Of a stretch of DNA of 64,000 nt, positions 55,887-64,000 are shown one piece after another (positions within the stretch are counted from its first letter, which is position 1; every line of letters begins with the position of its first letter). The position numbers were made by a program, and so were the translations under genes. Source of the DNA: Bugula neritina (Eukaryota; Animalia; Bryozoa); assembly GCA_964035545.1 (NCBI GenBank), contig OZ037768.1, positions 1,830,741 to 1,894,740 of the forward strand. The letters run 5' to 3'. The notes under the pieces were generated by a model. It did no database searches. It had not been told where the DNA came from and worked only from the letters and a program-made list of their open reading frames with translations.

Positions 55887-58800
55887 GCTATTACTACTAC
55901 TGCTGCTGCTGTTGTTGCTGCTGCCGCTGCTGCTACTACTACTACTACTAGTACTACTAGTACTACTACTACTACTACTAGCTAGCTACTACTACTATGA
56001 GCAGAGTGTTAATAATAGTACTATTACTAATAATAGTACTAATGTTAAATGTACTAGTACTAGTATTATGCTCAGATCATTTCACAGTTTGGAATATATT
56101 TTATTACGTGAAGGTCTACTAATAAACCAGGTTCTATGTTATGGTATCATCTTGTTGTAAAACATGTGTTGTAACCTGTATATAATTCATAGCTCGACAA
56201 TAGTCTAAACTGTAATGGGGAAATGTGTCATAACCTGCGTGCTGTCACCTCATGGCTATTGGTTTGTTTTACATACAGCTTTACAAATTTTTTGTTTGTA
56301 AAAATTATAAAATTTCTAATACACAGTTGTATGTTTTGTCCCTATTTTTGCAGATTGAAGCTTTCCTGGTATGTTTTGAGCAGTCAAACTTATATATTCA
56401 TAAGTTTTGTATTCTTTTGCTGTTTACCATTATTTGGGTAGAAGCCAATTGAAATTCTAATAAATTATAATAGCTGCGTAAAAGAAATTTTTGACACCAA
56501 TAGATAAACAAGATTGATTAGAACCCTGTATTGAGTTTATCATTCAGATTCGTATGTGTTGAGTAACTCTGTTGTATCCCTGAAACAACAGGCAACTTCC
56601 ATTTGTATGAGAAGTCGTATATTAAGTCACGTATCATCAACTCAAGTTTTAGTAACGCAAGTCCTATCAATACAGGTCTCATTTATCCAAGTATTTTCAA
56701 GTCTTATTCAAGTATTGTCAAGTTATATTCAAGTAATATCCTAATTTTTTTTGTATCTTTTGTATATATTTGTTGTGTAGGTGCTGCTGAGAATATTAAA
56801 GAAATTTTTACCCATTTGGCGAGAGACGATTGCGTAAACAAAGTCAGGAAAGTTGCCTATTTAAATGCTTTTGTCAAATATTACAAAGAGCTGCCAGAAG
56901 ATGCTGACACAGGCTACACTGATTACTATTATATGCTGTGGTGAGTTTGCAGGTACATGTGTACTGAGGGTGTACAGGTACATGTGTACTGAGGGTGTAC
57001 AGGTACATGTGTACTGAGGGTGTACAGGTACATGTGTACTGTTAGTGTATAGGTACATGTGTACTGTTAGTGTACAGGTACATGTGTACTCAAAGTGTGT
57101 TGTACAGGTGCATGTGTACTCAGAGTGTACAGGTACATGTGTACTCAGAGTGTGTTGTACAGGTACATGTGTACTGAGGGTGTACAGGTACATGTGTACT
57201 CAGAGTGTGTTGTACAGCTGCATGTGTACTCAGAGTGTGTTGTACAGGTGCATGTGTACTCAGAGTGTGTTGTACAGATCTTTATGTTCAGTGTCTGCTT
57301 ACACTAATCACCAGTTTTACTTCATCAGTCTGGTGTGTTTTTTGTAATACAAGCTGGCGCAAGAAATTTTAAAATTATTTTATATGTTTATACTTCAATA
57401 GCTGCCATTGAGAAACCGCAGGTAGCCAATATTTCCAGGGGATGATTATAGATTGCTAAGCATGATGACACGCGCACACATATGATATTAACAGTTTTTG
57501 ACATTCTATGAAACAAATTTTTACATGTTCTGTTTCAGTCTCAGGAGTTGTGCTCTCCACAGATACTCAGTGATTCGAGCCGCTGCCTTCAGATGCCTGC
57601 GCTATTTCATCAACTCAGTCACTAAGGCTAAGCTATTCTTCGAGCTGAAAGTTGACTGGTGTTTAGCGAGGTGGCCTTATCATTTATATTTGATTCATAT
57701 TTAAATTGCATAAGTTATATTTTGGTGTTGACAACACTACTCTTCATTCTCTACACTCTACAGTGTATTTTCTCATGTATTATTCACTTGAGGTATTTCA
57801 CCATCAGGGTCGGTAATACTTATAGATTAATCCTGTTGCATGACGTGGTGTTATCTTACTGCACAGTGATGTCTAGGCACATGGGAGTTGTTTCACCCTC
57901 GGCTCCCATCTCTGATGACTTTGGCTATTGTTTCAGATCCTTAGACCTGCACTCTGCATACGATATAGAAAGAACTCAGGCTATTCGACTCTGCAGACAT
58001 ATTGTCCAGTTGAGTCCTGACGTTGTTCAGCCCTCAATAGTGATGCCTTTCATTGCGTTTGCCAATGACAGCTCTAAGGTTAATGAAAGGCTGGTTTTGC
58101 TAGCTCTGGAGTTCCTGTGCGAGCTCGGTGAGAGTTATTTCCTTTTCGCGAGGTCTCAATAACTATGACTTGCACGTTTTCAGTGACTTATACATGTTTG
58201 ATATCATGTTTCTTATCTCAAAAATTAGTCACTTTTTTTTAATCTCTAATTTTAATTTAATATTTTTTCATCTAACAATCCTCTACCTCATGAAACACTC
58301 ATTTATTTTTCATGAATGTCAATGCCCAAATTTTAGCAAAGTATCTGTTTTACACTTTATAACAATTACTTCAATTTAAATGTTTTGTATTTATAAATTA
58401 AGCCTTTGCAGCTCGATCCACTAATAACTCGTAACTCGTGACTTCCTCATATGCACATTCGACTACAACGATGACTTATTTTATTCTCTTCAGCATACAA
58501 GAACTCGGCTCTCCTCGGAAGCTGTGGAGGTGTGCAGGTAATACTTCAGTACATCATGCAGTGCCAAGACAATGAGAGGGTCAATGAAGCTCTACTGCAG
58601 ACGATAATGTTTGTGCTAAATACTCCCTTGTCTCGAAGTAGATGCCTTCCATCATGTAATGTAGATGTGAGAATCTATTACATAGTCTCTATACTGTAAC
58701 ATCTCTGTGTTTGCACCCCCCCCCCATCTCTCCAGTGACACCTCCAATGTCTTATTAGCACCTCCCATCTCTAAAGTAACACCTGTCCATGTGTGTCACC

Positions 58801-59279
58801 AGTCTATTAGCCTGTGGCACATCTCTATGTCACACCTTTACGTTACATCTATATCACACCTCTATACAAAAGAAGCTCATTCAAAAACCTGAGGCTTGCT
58901 GCTTTCAACCAACAAAGTATTTTCTATACTATAAAAGTGAACTTTACAAGGTAGCAAAGCAAAATACGGAACACAGAAATCAAACTATTATCTAGTATTT
59001 CTAGAAGCATTCGTAAAACACTTTCATCAAAGAGTTTATTTCCCAACCCAATTGTTTTCTTGCTAAGTAGATTTAATAAATGGCCAGCTCTCTAATGATA
59101 ATATATAAAACAGTGGTAGATGATGGAATATCTTTATTCTGCTTATTACATAATCACTGGTTACACTCATTGGTTTAGCAGTTGAAGCATTTGCTAGTTT
59201 GTCATCTTATGCAATGCATCTATTATATTATATTATATCACATAGTATTATATTGTATTATATATATATATATATATAG

Positions 59280-59331
<52 letters not shown>

Positions 59332-62300
59332 TTATATCATATCGTATAGTATTATATTGCATTCTATAATGTCGCACTGTATTACATCGTATTATATCGT
59401 ATAGTATTATATCATATCGTATTATGTCGTATAATCTAATGTTCTAGCTACTCCTGGCTCCATTCACGGACAGTCACTACAAACATATTCATGACAGCAA
59501 TGACAACACCTCAGAAAGGTGGGTATAAACTACTCTTTCTTGTCACTGCTTAGTTTTGAGGGGAAACAGACCCTTTCTAACGTATCAACATTCCTTTAGT
59601 ATATTCTCACAGGTGAAACTTTGAGAAATTTCCTGCTCTGAGTAGAAATATTTGGCTTGTCTAAGCAGTCTGATAATCAATCAATTTACTTGCCAAGTTT
59701 CATAAATCACCTGTTCCAATAAACCACTCAATATTCATATATTATATTATTCATATATTATATTCATATATTCACATGTAATTGCAGTTTTACATCTTTT
59801 GGATATTATTTAATTGCGCAATTCATAATAGCAATTTGTAACACAGTGCTAGTATTGTAACAACTATATGGTAGCTATCCAATGATTGGCCTGGTCTATA
59901 GTAACTGTCCAATGATTGGCAGGGCGGAGCAGAAGGCAACAAGGCTCCAAGAAGAAAGACTGCTGCGGTGTAAATCTTGTTCCCGAGCCTTGCTCTCTGC
60001 GCTACACACGTGGCCCGGTCTAGTCACCCTCTGCAACCCTCACAACACGGCCATTTCCTCTTTAGTCAACGCCATTCACCTCTCCTCTTCCGAAACACAG
60101 AAAATCATTCTTCAACTTATTTACAACATCTTCCATCTGCGACTTCCAATGAGCACAACAGACTTCCAGGAAGCTTTATACAGCTGTGGTGAGTAACTCT
60201 ATATAGCTGTGGTAAGTAACTCTATATAGCTGTGGTAAGTAACTCTATATAGCTGTGGTAAGTAACTCTATATAGCTGTGGTAAGTAACTCTATATAGCT
60301 GTGGTAAGTAACTCTATATAGCTGTGGTAAGTAACTCTATATAGCTGTGGTAAGTAACTCTATATAGCTGTGGTAAGTAACTCTATATAGCTGTGGTAAG
60401 TAACTCTATATAGCTGTGGTAAGTAACTCTATATAGCTGTGGTAAGTAACTCTATATAGCTGTGGTAAGTAACTCTATATAGCTGTGGTAAGTAACTCTA
60501 TATAGCTGTGGTAAGTAACTCTATATAGCTGTGGTAAGTAACTCTATATAGCTGTGGTAAGTAACTCTATATAGCTGTGGTAAGTAACTCTATATAGCTG
60601 TGGTAAGTAACTCTATATAGCTATGGTAAGTAACTCTATATAGCTGTGGTAAGTAACTCTATATAGCTGTGGTAAGTAACTCTATATAGCTGTGGTAAGT
60701 AACTCTATATAGCTGTGGTAAGTAACTCTATATAGCTGTGGTAAGTTTGTTTATATTCTAGTCTCTATGGTAACCAAGGTCATTTTTATAGCCTTAGCTC
60801 TCTGCATTTGAGTCTAGGGTTTGAGATCTAATTGTTGCGAATCGGTTTGTGATAAAAGTTTGTATTTTTCAAACACAGAATTTAGTTATATTTACTACTA
60901 TTACGCTGACCCTATTCTTACTCGGATATGCAGTGTTAACTCAATGCTGTGATGTTTTACTTTGTTGAGTTGTACCGACATATCTATACACTAAGCTCCC
61001 TGTAAATAGCCCGTGTCCCACACATTTTCCTCTGCAGATCCATGCGCACCTGACCGTTCTTGGACGTTACAAGAAGGGTTTGTGGCTGCGGAGTGTCTCA
61101 GTCTGTACAAAGAAAGCTGTAGCCGACCCAACCTCATAGATAGCCACTTGGCCCTCCTTCTCTCCACATTCCTCTCCTACGGTGTACTCGAGGTATCTGT
61201 TGATACGTCTTACGGGATTCTAATATTTTTCGTAATAGTGAATTGCTTTTTATGTTGGAGTTGCTTTATAAATCAGGATTTCTATTAAAATTTAATTAAT
61301 AAACAATTCACCTTTTTATTATCGTACATACATAAAAATAAACTTTTAATGTAACCAAAACCTAGTCAACATCAATATTACTCTACAAATGCAAGCATTA
61401 TTTTTATCTGTCTGCTGTCATTAAGCTTCTATGAAGTCTTTAAACTGGGCATAGCAAAATGTATGTTGCTTATATACAAAATGGGAAGCTGCAAGTTGCA
61501 TCATGTTGTATCTTTATGGTATTACCGTGGCACATTAACGAGATTTGTTGTTGTTGTTGACAGGCTCTGTGTAGCGTAGTCATCCAGCATGACCAGACCA
61601 ACTCTATCTGGGCCACCATTCTTCTCGGAGAACTCCTTCATTTGGTAAGCTTTACGTGTTGAGTGTAGTGGCCACGCCCATTACTCTGTTGAGGGGTGCA
61701 GCGGATCAGTTAATTCTCTAGTACGAAACAGCAGATTGGTCAGTTCTTTAGTAGGGAGCAGCACTCCTATTAGTTTGTATACTCATTTTGAGTACTGATT
61801 TCAGAGCTACTCCCTGCTGCCGTGGTGTGACAGCGAGCAGACCCATTACCTCCCTGACTTGGTCCTCGCTGCCAACTGTAGCACATACACAAGAGCACAG
61901 AGGATGTGAGTATAGGATAGCTCTACGCCTGCTGTATACCTCCTATATACCTGCTACATACCTGCTGTATACCTCCTATATACCTGCTAATACCTCTTAT
62001 GTGCCTGCTATATACCTCCTATATAACTTAGGTTTCTCTGTTTTAGGCAAGCTCACCAAGCTGTGATGTATTTAGACAGACTTCACTCTTTGAAGAAAAG
62101 AGGGAGAATTGCATTCTCTCTTAACTTGGAACTTCTCATCTCTTTCATTCCCGAACCCGAGTCTCAAACATTGCCTGGTTTTCACAAACACAAATCTACA
62201 AAAAATAGGCTGGAGCCCCATCTACCGCAGGTAGTCTCCCAGTCTAACCGCCTTGTTAACTCGACAGGCTATTCCTACAGGGTTGATGAGAAGTCTGCAT

Positions 62301-64000
62301 GTGTTAGTGTAAATGTAAAGTGACCATTGGCTACCAGACATATATGGTCAATTAAGATATTGTCAATGTGTTGAGTTTACCGCAGGGTTTAGTCAGGGAT
62401 GGGGGTTCAGGTAATAAAAGTAGCTGACATCACCTGTGTTGTTTTCGTTGCTTGACCTCTAGCAGGGAATATCTACTGTGTATGTTGATATGCTGAAGGG
62501 AATATCTACTGTGTATGTTGATATGCTGAAGGAGAATGAGGAGATGGTGCTACAGCTGATCCGGGAAAGTTACGTTCTGGTAGAGTTGAACCCACTTCAG
62601 TGGAGCTGGCAGACAATCCAAACAGTTCTCAAAAATCATGTTGCAGTTCTGAAGAGGGTTGAAGATTTCACCCTGCACAGGTATAGTTTGAGAATTTACC
62701 TTTATACAGGTATGTGTTGAGAATTTACTTTTGTACAAGAGTGTTTTGAAAATTTCAGCTTTGCACAGGTATGTGTTAAAAATTTCACCTTTGCATAGGT
62801 ATTGTTGATTTTAAATTAAAGATTTATAAAGTATTAGTGTGTTAGCTTGTCACAAATTTCTTCAGGTATTTGCTGTAATATTGATTAAATAAAGTTTTGG
62901 TAGATTGAATAATGTTAAGTTCTTGTCTGACTATTAATATGCCAAAGTGTTACATAATAATAGGGTTGCTCTTAGTTTGTTTAGGTGTTGCCACGGTGAG
63001 TCGGTTATAACAGGAAGTGTATATTTTGCTGCAGGTTTTTGGCCAAACTGCTGCATTTCTACAATCCAAGTGGAGACAATGGCTTCTGTACAATCACGTT
63101 ATCTGACGACAAGGCCAGACTCTACACCTCTATCGGTCTGCTGCTCATTGAGAAGATAATTCTCATCAATGCAGACGAGTCTAACAGGCATCTTAAATCT
63201 CTACTACTTGATATCTGTCACTGCCTCTCCGAGGTTTGTCCTTGACATTGTAGACTAGTTAGTCTCTGATTGGGGAATTGAACTTGAGTTGAAAACCCGC
63301 ACATTGTATTTGAGCGTAACATTATTTATTTTAAAATTTGGTACAAAAAATACAAAATGTAGTTTGTCACAAGATTATCGGTGGTAAAGATTTAGTAAGG
63401 GCTGTTTTTGGTGCCATTACAGCTTTTGTACACGTTGACCACATGTGTGAGAGCTTAATAAATTCACATTTTGTAGCCATTGTTCTTGTGAGTGTTTGTT
63501 TGGGTTGGCTATGAAGTCTGCCTCAAACCTGTGAGCAACTTGGGTTTGGGGCTTTAAATATGGTGCTGGGGCAGTTATAGCCAGATGTGTTCCCTGACGT
63601 CCCTCTAGTTCTGCTGGAACTTGATCCCAACCTGTGTCATGCTAAGTCAGTGTCTCTAAACACCCACCACTTCTTTCTACGATAGGCTAATGATAATGAT
63701 TAACTGTTTAGTTACGGCAGGAAGTTCCCGTACAGGAAGCTAAGCTCGGTCTCAACTATATTTACACGTACTGCTGTCAGAATTACTTCCTGTTTATTGG
63801 CAAGCTGTCGCAGCTGTCAGAGGGACTGCAGCTGTTAGAAGCCACGGGTATAATGCAGCAGTGAGTTCAACTCTCTATAAATATCATCTGCTAGCTGTGT
63901 GTATTTATATGTTGTGAGACAAGTACAGTCTGAGTAACTGTGTTGGATGAGTTCTCAGACTAGTTTGGTTGCCTAGGTTACTGGACCTGGTAACTATTAC
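53846..64000 (+). CDS. RICTOR: Rapamycin-insensitive companion of mTOR (RICTOR), N-terminal part; continues beyond the window
   Basis: Exons 53846-53918, 54443-54490, 56781-56940, 57539-57670, 57937-58127, 58494-58666, 59448-59518, 59923-60188, 61038-61192, 61564-61644, 61805-61905, 62047-62230, 62466(or 62499)-62680, 63035-63233, 63712-63860, 63977 onward. Peptides typical of RICTOR_N/M: IRAAAFRCLRY, LKVDWCLARSLD, ERTQAIRLCR, LLAPFTD, HTWPGL, LQEGFVAAE, RPNLIDSHLALLL, WATILLGELLH, LKKRG, WSWQTI, LLHFYNPS, QNYFLFIG. Confidence 0.9.
54650..54812. repeat. 18-bp minisatellite (GTACTCAGGTAGACYCTY)
   Basis: Read directly. Confidence 0.9.
55545..55998. repeat. Imperfect (CTA)n trinucleotide microsatellite, about 450 bp, RICTOR intron 2
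   Basis: Read directly; explains the poly-T and poly-L ORFs. Confidence 0.95.
56950..57277. repeat. 25/30-bp minisatellite (CAGGTACATGTGTACT...GTGTA) just after a RICTOR donor
   Basis: Read directly. Confidence 0.9.
59220..59432. repeat. (TA)n plus degenerate TATTA/TATCG tract
   Basis: Read directly. Confidence 0.85.
60182..60746. repeat. 23-bp minisatellite (AGCTGTG|GTAAGTAACTCTATAT) x24.5 spanning a RICTOR donor
   Basis: Exact 23-bp period; the first unit begins in the exon. Confidence 0.97.
62466..62531 (+). repeat. Perfect 33-bp tandem duplication at the start of a RICTOR exon (GISTVYVDMLK x2)
   Basis: 62466-62498 is identical to 62499-62531. Confidence 0.9.

Noticed and set aside
55491-56160. 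Poly-Thr (mucin-like) and poly-Leu ORFs
   Set aside because: (CTA)n microsatellite inside a RICTOR intron; the flanking exons join in frame without it

Overview
AT-rich eukaryotic (invertebrate animal) genomic DNA with four intron-rich genes, which I assembled by hand from splice signals and translation. They are a TBC1D2/Armus-like PH + Rab-GAP gene (minus strand, 2431-18209), ER glucosidase I MOGS (plus, 21352-27200), CAPS/UNC-31 (CADPS; plus, 28216-50984) and the 5' part of RICTOR (plus, 53846 to the window end). Most long ORFs in the track are tandem-repeat artefacts. Four things stand out. (1) A young 4.9-kb non-autonomous foldback transposon lies in TBC1D2 intron 1, with 0.9-1.0 kb inverted arms, terminal 16-bp subrepeats and a 9-bp target-site duplication; its loop carries a pure (CA)1223 tract, which is poly(UG) in the host pre-mRNA. 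(2) Many introns carry a private minisatellite against a splice site, and in several the repeat unit is the splice junction itself, giving arrays of up to about 42 decoy donors, arrays of acceptor look-alikes, or about 47 donor + TACTAAC branch-point units. (3) CADPS has a candidate 12-nt neural-type microexon and a 78-nt cassette exon. (4) Patchworks of 6-bp-period microduplications lie upstream of the MOGS and RICTOR start codons. All gene calls rest on motif recognition, not database searches.
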